A stretch of DNA of 64,000 nt, taken from the NCBI GenBank assembly GCA_963675855.1, contig OY776633.1, positions 538,546 to 602,545 on the forward strand, in the 5' to 3' direction. Shown piece after piece: positions 48,091 through 56,616 of this stretch. The translations under genes and the position numbers were made by a program. Source of the DNA: Christensenellaceae bacterium. Lineage in GTDB: Bacteria; Bacillota; Clostridia; Christensenellales; CAG-138. Numbering within the stretch: position 1 is the stretch's first letter; every line of letters begins with the position of its first letter. The notes below the pieces were generated by a model, which was not told where the DNA came from, searched no databases, and saw only the letters and a list, made by a program, of their open reading frames with translations.

Positions 48091-49095
48091 ATGAACTGGA
48101 TCGCGCCTCTGATCGACTGGTACAAACATAACGCGCGGGATCTGCCCTGGCGCGCGACAAACGACGCATACGCCGTCTGGATCAGCGAAATCATGCTGCA
48201 GCAGACGCGGGTAGCCGCCGTCGTGCCGTACTACGAACGCTTCATGCGGGAACTGCCGGATGTAACCGCGCTTGCAAACGTCGAAGACGACCGGCTGCAC
48301 AAACTCTGGGAAGGCCTAGGCTACTACAGCCGCGCGAAGAACCTCAAACGCGCCGCAAATGAGACTCTGAATCGTTTCGGCGGCAGTATGCCGATGCATT
48401 ACGAGGAGCTTTTGACCCTGCCCGGAATCGGCGAATACACCGCGGGTGCAATCGCGTCCATCGCGCTTGGCGAGGCGGTGCCGGCCGTAGACGGAAACGT
48501 GATGCGCGTCTGGGCGAGGCTGCATGCGGTTGATAGGGATATCCGCGATCCCGCGTTAAAAAAAGACGTGCGCGCCGCGCTTATTCCGCTGGTTCCGCAG
48601 AAAGATCCGGGCGCGTTCAACGCGGCGCTGATGGAGCTCGGTGCGACGATCTGCCTGCCAAACGGCGCACCAAAGTGCGAGCTGTGTCCTGTTCGCCCGT
48701 GGTGCGAAGCGTTCAAACAGGAGAGGACCGGAGATCTTCCCGTCATATCTCGCAAAAAAGCAAGGCGGATCGAGCGAAAGACCGTGTTTGCTCTTGCGTC
48801 CAGAAAAGGTTTTCTGGGTTATCGCCGCCCGGACAGCGGCTTGCTCGCGGGATTATGGCAGCTGCCGGAGGCGGCGGGGGAATTATCGGACGCCGAAGCC
48901 GCGGCATGGCTCGGCGAGCGGGGCATCCCGCCCGTCGGCGAACTGCGTTTTTACGAACGGAAGCATATCTTTACGCATATCGAGTGGCACATGCGCGTGT
49001 GCGCCGCGCGGGTTTCGGCGGATACTCTGCCGGAGGGATGGGTGGTTCTAAACGAATCCCACGCGCTACCGACGGCGTTTAAAATCTGCATATAA
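48091..49095 (+). CDS. mutY: A/G-specific adenine DNA glycosylase
   Basis: WISEIMLQQT, HhH LPGIGEYTAGAI, Fe-S loop CLPNGAPKCELCPVRPWC, C-terminal NUDIX-like domain. Confidence 0.9.
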   Translation: MNWIAPLIDWYKHNARDLPWRATNDAYAVWISEIMLQQTRVAAVVPYYERFMRELPDVTALANVEDDRLHKLWEGLGYYSRAKNLKRAANETLNRFGGSMPMHYEELLTLPGIGEYTAGAIASIALGEAVPAVDGNVMRVWARLHAVDRDIRDPALKKDVRAALIPLVPQKDPGAFNAALMELGATICLPNGAPKCELCPVRPWCEAFKQERTGDLPVISRKKARRIERKTVFALASRKGFLGYRRPDSGLLAGLWQLPEAAGELSDAEAAAWLGERGIPPVGELRFYERKHIFTHIEWHMRVCAARVSADTLPEGWVVLNESHALPTAFKICI

Positions 49096-49123
49096 AAACA
49101 GCGGCCTGCGCCGCTGTTTTTTT
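49095..49123. terminator. bidirectional rho-independent terminator
   Basis: aaaaacagcggc-ctgc-gccgctgttttttt. Confidence 0.8.
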
Positions 49124-49126
49124 GTG

Positions 49127-49726
49127 TTAATAGAGCGGCCTTCGCCCTTCCATGGCCTTGGCGAGCGTGACTTCGTCCGCGTATTCGAGATTGCCGCCGA
49201 TGGGGATGCCGTGCGCGATGCGCGAACAGCTTACGCCCATGGGCTTGAGCAGCCGCGCGATATAGGATGCCGTCGCCTCGCCCTCTACGTCCGGATTGGT
49301 GGCGATGATGACCTCTTTTAACTCGCCCGCTTTGACACGCTCGACGAGCTCGTTGATGCGGATGTCGTTCGGGCCGATGCCGTCCACCGGAGAGAGCACG
49401 CCGTGCAGCACGTGGTACTTTCCGCGGTATTCGCGCGTGCGCTCCATGGCGACGACGTCCTTTGCGTCGCAAACGACGCAGAGCACGCTGTTGTCGCGCG
49501 CCGTGTCCGCGCAGATGGCGCACGGGCTGACGTCGGTATACGTACCGCAGACGGGGCAGTCCACGACCTTTTCGCGCGCGGCTACGATCGCGGCGGCGAG
49601 TTCCTGCGCCTGCGCCGCGGGCATATCCAATATATGGTACGCGAGCCTTTGCGCGGTTTTCTGCCCGATACCGGGCAGGCGCGAAAGCTGCGTGACGAGA
49701 CGAACGATGGGTTCTATGGTGAGCAT
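49127..49726 (-). CDS. recR: recombination protein RecR
   Basis: HhH LPGIGQKTAQRLA, zinc finger CPVCGTYTDVSPCAIC, Toprim domain. Confidence 0.92.
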   Translation of the reverse strand: MLTIEPIVRLVTQLSRLPGIGQKTAQRLAYHILDMPAAQAQELAAAIVAAREKVVDCPVCGTYTDVSPCAICADTARDNSVLCVVCDAKDVVAMERTREYRGKYHVLHGVLSPVDGIGPNDIRINELVERVKAGELKEVIIATNPDVEGEATASYIARLLKPMGVSCSRIAHGIPIGGNLEYADEVTLAKAMEGRRPLY

Positions 49727-49728
49727 AA

Positions 49729-50067
49729 CTACATGCCGAGCCCGAGGCCGCCGGTGATCTTATTGATCTCGTCTTCGATGGTCTTCGTCGCGGTTCTAAG
49801 CGCTTCGTTGACGGCGGAGAGCACGAGATCCTGCAGCATCTCCACGTCGTCCGGATCGACGCACGCGGGATTGATGACGACGGACTTCACGTCCTTGCCG
49901 CCGCTGACGGTGACGCTGACCATGCCGCCGCCGCTGCTGGCGGTGAACTCGCGTTCGTTAAGTTCCGCCTGCGCGCGCTGCACGTCCTGCTGCATCTTTT
50001 GTGCTTTCATCATGAGCTGCTGCATGCTGCCGCCACCCAATCCTCCGGGGAATCCACCTTTGGCCAT
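49729..50067 (-). CDS. ybaB: YbaB/EbfC nucleoid-associated protein
   Basis: 112 aa; MQQLMMKAQKMQQDVQ...GGGMVSVTVSG pattern; classic dnaX-ybaB-recR synteny. Confidence 0.9.
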   Translation of the reverse strand: MAKGGFPGGLGGGSMQQLMMKAQKMQQDVQRAQAELNEREFTASSGGGMVSVTVSGGKDVKSVVINPACVDPDDVEMLQDLVLSAVNEALRTATKTIEDEINKITGGLGLGM

Positions 50068-50132
50068 ATGAAAAATACCTCCTGATACGGTTCTTCTGAT
50101 ATAATACGCGTCCGCCGTTTAAGCGGCGCGGT

Positions 50133-51827
50133 TCATTCGATCGTCAGTTTATCGCCGAATAACTCCTTAGCCAGAGATTCGGCCTTTTCGCTCGCCGGCG
50201 AGACTTTCGTCACGGTGACGATGAGTTTCGCGTCGGGCTTGAGCGATTGCAGCGCGCGCTGCGCGGGCTCGAAATTGACCGGCGCGGTGAGATTTTTCAG
50301 CTTGGATTCCTGCGCCTGCGCAAAGCCCACCGTGAGCGTGTTTTCCTCGAATTTTAACGCGACGGCGTCCCGCGCCAGCGCCTGGATAAAGAAATTCGGG
50401 ATGTTTTCGATGGTCTTGCGCCAGATGGACGCAGCGTCGCCGGAACCCTCCGGCTGCGGCGCCGCTTTTTGCACGGGCGCGGTTTTTGGTTGTTCTTTTT
50501 GCGGGGCGATTGCCGCTTCGGCGGGCTGCTCCGGCGGAGTTTCGCCTTCCGCCCGGACGGGTTCGGGCCGTGGCGCAGGCTCCGGTTTCGCTTTTATATT
50601 GCCGTCGCTTTTATATTGCCGCTCAAGGACGGGTTCGGGTTTCGCCGCAGGTGCGGGCTGTGCTTGAGCGGGAACGCCTTCCTTCATCTGCGCTTCCAGC
50701 CGGTCGAGCCGCGCTTCGATATTGGCCAGAGATACCGTGTCCTCGGGGCGGCAGATATGGATCAGCGCTGTTTCGAGCAGCGCGCGGGGCGACGGCAGGT
50801 AGCGCATGTCGCTCTGCGCGGCAATCAGCCGGTTTGTTGCGAGTAGCAGGCGCGCTTCGGACGCGGGTTTTGCCTGCGCGAGGTAATTCGTCATCGCGTC
50901 TTCGGTGCAGTCCAGAAGATCCTCGCACCGGCCGCAGGCTTTGGCAAGCAGCAGCGCGCGAAAATGCGCCGAAAGGTCGGACGCGAACACCGAAAGGTCG
51001 CGGCCGTTCTGCACGATGGCGTCGAGCATCTTCAGCGCGGCCGCCGCGTCGGAGCGAAGAAGCGCGCCGGAGATATCGAACAGGAACGCGTCCTCCATGC
51101 TGCCGAGCACATCGTATACGTCCCTGGTGGTTACCTGATCGCCGCAGAAAGCGAGACACTGGTCTGAAAGCGACAGCGCGTCGCGCATGCTGCCCTGCGC
51201 CGTGCGCGCAATCAGCGCCAGGCCGCCGTCCTCGATGGCTGCGCCGGCGCGGGTTAATACGCTCTGCAGCGTGCGTTTGATGTCGGCTACCGAGAGGCGG
51301 TGAAAATCGAACCGCTGGCAGCGGGAAATGATGGTGGCGGGGAGCTTTTGCGGCTCCGTCGTGGCGAGGATGAAGAGGATATGCTCCGGCGGCTCTTCGA
51401 GCGTTTTTAACAGCGCGTTGAACGCCGGGCCGGAGAGCATATGCACCTCGTCAATGATATATACGCGGCGGCGAAGCCTGAGCGGTGCGTACTGCGCGTT
51501 TTCGATGAGGTCGCGTACGTCGTTGACGCTGTTGTTGCTCGCCGCGTCGATCTCCGTGATGTCCGCCGCGCTCTCGGATGCGCTGATCAGGCACGCCTCG
51601 CATTTGCCGCAGGGTTCGCCGTTTTCGGGGGAAAGGCAGTTGACCGCGCGCGCGAGGATGCGCGCCGAAGTGGTCTTGCCCGTGCCGCGCGTGCCGCAGA
51701 AGAGATAGGCGTGCGCGGGCCGGTCGGAAGCCACCTGATGCGTCAGCGTGGTCGTGATGTGATCCTGCCCGATTACCTCTGCAAAGCGGGCGGGGCGGTA
51801 TTGGCGGTACAGCGCGCGGTAGGCCAT
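50133..51827 (-). CDS. dnaX: DNA polymerase III subunit gamma/tau
   Basis: Walker A GTRGTGKTT, zinc module CGKCEAC, SRC motif (ISRCQRF). Confidence 0.92.
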   Translation of the reverse strand: MAYRALYRQYRPARFAEVIGQDHITTTLTHQVASDRPAHAYLFCGTRGTGKTTSARILARAVNCLSPENGEPCGKCEACLISASESAADITEIDAASNNSVNDVRDLIENAQYAPLRLRRRVYIIDEVHMLSGPAFNALLKTLEEPPEHILFILATTEPQKLPATIISRCQRFDFHRLSVADIKRTLQSVLTRAGAAIEDGGLALIARTAQGSMRDALSLSDQCLAFCGDQVTTRDVYDVLGSMEDAFLFDISGALLRSDAAAALKMLDAIVQNGRDLSVFASDLSAHFRALLLAKACGRCEDLLDCTEDAMTNYLAQAKPASEARLLLATNRLIAAQSDMRYLPSPRALLETALIHICRPEDTVSLANIEARLDRLEAQMKEGVPAQAQPAPAAKPEPVLERQYKSDGNIKAKPEPAPRPEPVRAEGETPPEQPAEAAIAPQKEQPKTAPVQKAAPQPEGSGDAASIWRKTIENIPNFFIQALARDAVALKFEENTLTVGFAQAQESKLKNLTAPVNFEPAQRALQSLKPDAKLIVTVTKVSPASEKAESLAKELFGDKLTIE

Positions 51828-51953
51828 CTGAACTCGTTTCTCCGTCGTTTGGATTCAACCATCATAATACCATATTTTGTAGGCGAGCAAAAGCACGAAT
51901 CACAAACCGTATCGCCAGGCGGAAAGTGAGTCGTTCGTTCATGCTTTCTTTCG

Positions 51954-53153
51954 TTGACCGCACACCGCGCTTGGGGTAAAATGATTACCGTGAAACATAT
52001 GAGTAAAAATCTGAAGTATATCCCGCGGCGGAAGCTGAACCTGGATGCGACGCGATTCGGCCCTGCTTTAAAACTGGCCGTGGCAATCGTGTTGCTGGCG
52101 GCCTTCGTGCTGCTGGCGGTATTCGTCGTCGTACCGGCGGTCAGAGCGCGGCTGGACAGCGGCGCGCCCCTGTTTGGCAGCACGCCCGTTGTAACGGGCG
52201 CAAAAGAGACCGCTGCGCCGGTCAATCCGATTTTGACCAACGAGGTAAAAACCGTGCAGTTCGGCGAAGGTTACGGCCTTCCGGCTGCGGTAGTCGACCC
52301 GAGCGTATACGGCGGGCAGATCCTCTTTGCCACAGGCACGGGCGAGGACGACTGCGACCGGCTTGTGCGGCTCGACCCCGGGACAGGCGCGTTTGTCAAC
52401 ATCGAAATACCGCTCGTCAACGATACGATCCGCTATCCTGTTGAGAATGACGACATCATCCTCTACGCGGACTGTAAAACGTCCGGCGGCGGCAGCGTCA
52501 TACGCCTCGACAAGGTGACGGGTGAAACGGCAGCGCTTGCCGAGTTTGCGATGGAAGCGCCGAAGATTTCGCTGGAAGCGCCCTACGCGGTATGGACGGA
52601 GCGTACGGACGAGGCGACCGCGAAGCTGACGGTCTGCGAGGTGGAAACTGGCGAACTGCTTACGCTTGCGGTGTTTACGGATTCCCCATATGCCGAAAGC
52701 AGCCCGTCGATCAAAAGCGGGCAGGTGATCTACGCGGACGAAGACACAACCGATCCGGGTTCGAGTCTCATTCGAACCGTGCTGCTTAGCGATAACAGCC
52801 GGTGGGATTACTCGGCGGGCAGCTTCGTGCACGATCCCAAATCGGCGGGCGATCGCTGGGCGTTTCTCAGCGGCAACCACGACGAAAAAAGCGACCTGTA
52901 CGTCAGCGTCGGCGGCGAGGCGGCAAGGCGCGTGGCAAGCGGGGTGATCGACTTCGATATCACGCCGCTGTGCGTGGTGTTCAGCCGGGATGAGACGGTA
53001 TACGCCTACGTCTTTTCGGAAGACAGGACGTACGTCATCAGCGAAACGGGCAGCAACGCGCAGTTCGTCATGGCGGGCGGAGACTATGCACTCTGGCGCG
53101 ATATGACCACCCCCGATACCCCGCTCTGGAAATACATCAAGGTGGTCGGCTGA
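51954..53153 (+). CDS. hypothetical membrane-anchored protein (possible beta-propeller ectodomain)
   Basis: One N-terminal TM helix then repeated strand-rich segments; start uncertain (51954, 51981 or 51999). Confidence 0.5.
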   Translation: MTAHRAWGKMITVKHMSKNLKYIPRRKLNLDATRFGPALKLAVAIVLLAAFVLLAVFVVVPAVRARLDSGAPLFGSTPVVTGAKETAAPVNPILTNEVKTVQFGEGYGLPAAVVDPSVYGGQILFATGTGEDDCDRLVRLDPGTGAFVNIEIPLVNDTIRYPVENDDIILYADCKTSGGGSVIRLDKVTGETAALAEFAMEAPKISLEAPYAVWTERTDEATAKLTVCEVETGELLTLAVFTDSPYAESSPSIKSGQVIYADEDTTDPGSSLIRTVLLSDNSRWDYSAGSFVHDPKSAGDRWAFLSGNHDEKSDLYVSVGGEAARRVASGVIDFDITPLCVVFSRDETVYAYVFSEDRTYVISETGSNAQFVMAGGDYALWRDMTTPDTPLWKYIKVVG

Positions 53154-53154
53154 T

Positions 53155-54507
53155 ATGGCGGCGAAAGACAGAGTCACGTTCATCTGCGGGGAATGCGGCT
53201 ACGAGTCCGCCAAGTGGATGGGCAAATGCCCGCAGTGCGGAAGCTGGAACACGATGACGGAGTTTTCGCAGGTCAAGGTGAAGAGCGCCGCGCCCGCGGG
53301 CTCCGCCGTTTCACAGAAATTGAGCAAGGTGGTTCCGCTTCCGCTCAAGCGCGTCTGTGCGGGCATGGGCGAACTCAACCGCGTGCTCGGCGGCGGGCTG
53401 ATTCGCGGCATGGTGGTGCTGCTCGGCGGCGATCCCGGCATCGGGAAATCGACGCTGCTGTTACAGGCGGCGGATACGCTCGCGGCCGAGGGCGGCGTTT
53501 TATACGTATCCGGCGAGGAGAGCGCGTCCCAGATCAAGCTGCGCGCGGACCGGCTCGGCATGAAGAACGACATCGACATCCTCTGCGAAACCGATCTCGA
53601 CCAGATACTCGACGAGGCGGTAAATACGCGCTGCTCCGTGCTCATCATAGATTCGATCCAAACGATTTACTCCGGAGAAAGTGCCGGCGCGCCCGCGAGC
53701 GTGAGCCAGGTGCGCGGGGCGACCGCTCGGCTGACGCGATATGCCAAGGAAACCGGCGTGATCGTGCTCATCGTTGGCCACGTGACCAAGGACGGCAACA
53801 TCGCGGGGCCGCGCGTGCTCGAGCACATCGTGGACACCGTTTTGTATTTTGAAGGCGACCGGCACGAAGGACTGCGGCTTCTGCGCGCGGTGAAGAACCG
53901 CTTCGGTTCGACCAACGAAGTCGGCGTGTTCGAGATGACCGACGTCGGCATGCGCGAGGTGGGCGATCCATCGCGGCTGTTCCTCTCGGGGCAGAACGCG
54001 CCCGGTTGCTGCGTGACCTGCGCCATGGAGGGCTCAAGGCCGATCCTGGCCGAGGTGCAGTCGCTGCTCACCGACAACGCGTTCGGCAACCCGCGCCGCA
54101 CGAGTGCGGGCGTGGATACGGGCAGATTGAGCCTGCTGCTTGCGGTGCTGGAGAAAAAAGCGCATCTGCGGCTTTCAACGAAGGATGTCTACCTCAACGT
54201 GGTCGGCGGCCTCCGGCTGGACGAACGCAGCGTCGATCTGGCGGTCGCGTTGTGCGTCGCCTCGGCGATGATGGATCTTCCGCTGCCGAAACGTACCGCC
54301 GCGCTTGGCGAGGTGGGGTTAACAGGCGAGGTGCGTTCGTTGAGCCGCATCGAAACGCGGCTCAACGAGTGCGTGCGCTTAGGCTACGATACCGTACTGC
54401 TGCCCAAATCCGCCAAAGCGCCGAAGATCGACGGGCTCAAGACCGTGCCCGTCGCCACCGTCGGCGAGGCGATCGCCTATTGCTACGAAAAGAAACCTGT
54501 GGTATAA
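53155..54507 (+). CDS. radA: DNA repair protein RadA/Sms
   Basis: Zn ribbon CGECGYESAKWMGKCPQCGSWN, Walker A GGDPGIGKSTL, KNRFG motif, Lon-like C-terminus. Confidence 0.92.
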   Translation: MAAKDRVTFICGECGYESAKWMGKCPQCGSWNTMTEFSQVKVKSAAPAGSAVSQKLSKVVPLPLKRVCAGMGELNRVLGGGLIRGMVVLLGGDPGIGKSTLLLQAADTLAAEGGVLYVSGEESASQIKLRADRLGMKNDIDILCETDLDQILDEAVNTRCSVLIIDSIQTIYSGESAGAPASVSQVRGATARLTRYAKETGVIVLIVGHVTKDGNIAGPRVLEHIVDTVLYFEGDRHEGLRLLRAVKNRFGSTNEVGVFEMTDVGMREVGDPSRLFLSGQNAPGCCVTCAMEGSRPILAEVQSLLTDNAFGNPRRTSAGVDTGRLSLLLAVLEKKAHLRLSTKDVYLNVVGGLRLDERSVDLAVALCVASAMMDLPLPKRTAALGEVGLTGEVRSLSRIETRLNECVRLGYDTVLLPKSAKAPKIDGLKTVPVATVGEAIAYCYEKKPVV

Positions 54508-54574
54508 TCCCTCTTGCGCGTTTTCGGGGAGTTTGACCGGAAATCGCGGTATCTTTACAAATCAAATATCGTTT

Positions 54575-54640
54575 GTGCCCGTAGCCCAGCTGGATAGAGC
54601 GACAGACTCCGACATTGCTGGTTGCAGGTACGAAATTGAA
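54575..54640 (+). pseudogene. decayed, 3'-truncated tRNA-Arg-like copy
   Basis: First 27 nt match the downstream tRNA at 26/27; anticodon loop CTCCGAC kept, but anticodon stem, T-arm and 3' acceptor strand do not pair. Confidence 0.7.
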
Positions 54641-54652
54641 AACAAAATACTT

Positions 54653-54729
54653 GTGCCCGTAGCTCAGCTGGATAGAGCGTTGGACTCCGACTCCAAAGGT
54701 CAGAGGTTCGAATCCTCCCGGGCACGCCA
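54653..54729 (+). tRNA. tRNA-Arg (anticodon CCG), CCA encoded
   Basis: Hand-folded cloverleaf: acceptor GTGCCCG/CGGGCAC, D-arm GCTC..GAGC, anticodon stem TTGGA/TCCAA with loop CTCCGAC, T-arm AGAGG-TTCGAAT-CCTCC, discriminator G + CCA. Confidence 0.9.
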
Positions 54730-54731
54730 AA

Positions 54732-54770
54732 AACCCCCTAAATAGGCGACTTTTTAGGGGGTTCAATTTT
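54732..54770 (+). terminator. hairpin/terminator after the tRNA
   Basis: ccccctaaa-10 nt loop-tttaggggg followed by ttcaatttt. Confidence 0.55.
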
Positions 54771-55329
54771 AGCTCATTTTTCAAAACGTGCGACAATGCG
54801 ACAAACCAGAAAAATGCTATTCGGGGTAGCAAGAGAAAGGCCTGCGAGGGGGTATGCTCGCAGGCCGGTTTTAGCTTTTGTCGCATTTTTGACATGCGAG
54901 GGGGTTGAAAATTTTTCCTGTCGTATGCATGAAAAAAAGGATTTGCCACATGCTGATGATTGACCCAAAAGGCAGAACCAACGACCTCCGGGTTATGAGT
55001 GCGAATTTTTACGAAATATCGCTATGATTATACGATGATAATTGAAGATACTCGCCTATCTTTGCGAATAATCCGAAATATATTTTTGATGATTGTTAGC
55101 GATTATTAGCCGTTATTGATGACGATAAACATCAAATAAACATCAGGCAGTAGGTTTCATTTTCACATTACTTAAAGTATGTTTATATTAAGCGAAAATT
55201 GATCCAGTCATAATATTTGAAAACGGTCTACTAGAGAAACTTAAGATTTGCGTTTCATGCTCATATTAGTGCGATTTCCTATTAACACAAAAGTTATCCT
55301 TCTCCGTAAGTAGATGATTTTTCAACTAT

Positions 55330-55480
55330 AATTTTATGCTTTTTTTGACCATTTTTGAATTAGCATACACAACTTCAGCGCTGCGGTCCCGAACTTCCGG
55401 CGCATCTGCGATATCGGCGTGCCAAGTTCCATCTGCTTCAGCGCAAAAGCGAATTGTTCCTTAGAGAAATTACTCTTCTT
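55330..55480 (-). mobile_element. fragment of an IS3-family transposase OrfA (N-terminal HTH region only)
   Basis: Minus strand translates to KKSNFSKEQFAFALKQMELGTPISQMRRKFG..., like IS3-family OrfA N-termini; no start codon, no remainder, no inverted repeats found. Confidence 0.55.
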
Positions 55481-55563
55481 CCTTTCGTCTCCTTTTTCAA
55501 TTTCTCAGTTTGTCATTTCCTCTCATTATAGGTGGCGACTTCTTTTCGGTGAGCAGGCAATTA

Positions 55564-56295
55564 TCAGAATTGATCAATCTGGTTGATTGAGAACTGGAAC
55601 TTATCACTGCGGATAAGTTCTTTGCAGACATGCAAAATTTTCCGATTCTGATCATAGGCGCATTCATAAACCAATAAAAGCGCGTCGTCAGGGTTAACGT
55701 GCAGGTGCTTTGCCTCTTTTTCCGTTGCATAACAGATTCCGATTGTTGCTTTGCCGGCTTGGGGATAGATATGATGTAATCTCAGGATTTCGTACAGCGA
55801 ACCATCGAGGTTTTTTTCCAGCAGGAAGGCATAGTCCGTTGTAAAGTAGTTGATTTCGATGATGGCCGGTTCGTTATCCATCAGACGGATGCGCTCGATG
55901 ACCACCAGATCGGAGCCTTCTGGAACGTTCAGGTCTTTACAGACCTTTCTGCTGGCGGGTTTAATCTTTGCCGACAGTGTTTGGGTTCCAGGGATGTGAC
56001 CGCGGCTGATGCAGGTTTTGGTGAAGTCGCTGAAGGTGCTCAGATCCCTGTCGATACGTTTTCCTACGACATAAGTTCCTTTGCCTTGATGTTTGGCTAA
56101 AAGCCCCTCGTCGACCAATTCCGCTATAGCGTTACGGACGGTGATACGACTGACGGAATATTGGACACCCAGTTCGATCTCTGAAGGAATCTGATCGCCT
56201 GTCTTCCAGATATTATTTTGAATATTGTCCCGGATCAGCTGCATAAGTTGCCGATATAGTGGTACTTCACTATTACTCAGCAATAGTTCACCCAT
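55564..56295 (-). CDS. GntR-family (HutC/FrlR-like) transcriptional regulator
   Basis: Start ATG 56295 (MGELLLSNSEVPLYRQL); wHTH LPSEIELGVQYSVSRITVRNAIAELVDEGLL; UTRA-type C-terminal domain. Confidence 0.85.
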   Translation of the reverse strand: MGELLLSNSEVPLYRQLMQLIRDNIQNNIWKTGDQIPSEIELGVQYSVSRITVRNAIAELVDEGLLAKHQGKGTYVVGKRIDRDLSTFSDFTKTCISRGHIPGTQTLSAKIKPASRKVCKDLNVPEGSDLVVIERIRLMDNEPAIIEINYFTTDYAFLLEKNLDGSLYEILRLHHIYPQAGKATIGICYATEKEAKHLHVNPDDALLLVYECAYDQNRKILHVCKELIRSDKFQFSINQIDQF

Positions 56296-56528
56296 AAAAC
56301 ATTCCCCAAGTTCGTAAATATCGTTATTATTATACGCAAAAAAACGGTTAAATAGCAATGCTTGAAACAAAAAAGTCGATTAAATCATATTAAAACGAGA
56401 TAGGACGTATTATAAGAGATAAAATTAACACAATTTCATCATTTACACAAAACAACAAATATAATTGTTGATTTATCCAAAATACCCCGAATAACAGTTA
56501 AATATCAATGTCAATTTATTTTTTATTG

Positions 56529-56557
56529 TTGACTATTACATTACAAATGGTTATAAT
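56529..56557 (+). promoter_or_regulatory. sigma-70-type promoter (TTGACT-17 nt-TATAAT) for the SIS/kinase operon
   Basis: Near-consensus hexamers about 60 nt upstream of ATG 56617 in the divergent intergenic region. Confidence 0.55.
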
Positions 56558-56558
56558 A

Positions 56559-56570
56559 CGTTATATAACG
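56559..56570. promoter_or_regulatory. candidate GntR-family operator: perfect palindrome CGTTATATAACG
   Basis: 12-bp perfect palindrome of GT-N-AC type immediately downstream of the -10; related half-site GTTATAA overlaps the -10. Confidence 0.4.
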
Positions 56571-56616
56571 TGTTGGCAATAAAAAGAAGCCAGCCTGAAT
56601 TTTAGGAGGTTCTGTA

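Noticed and set aside
50133-51827. Programmed -1 frameshift site in dnaX (A AAA AAG type)
   Set aside because: The A-rich runs near 50470-50510 (minus strand CAA AAA GAA) are not in the slippery-heptamer register, and no downstream stem-loop was evident.
54437-54949. ORFs overlapping the tRNA region (54533-54745 plus strand, 54437-54949 minus strand, 54774-54968 minus strand)
   Set aside because: They run through the tRNA and pseudo-tRNA sequence and a terminator hairpin, with no RBS and no recognisable fold.
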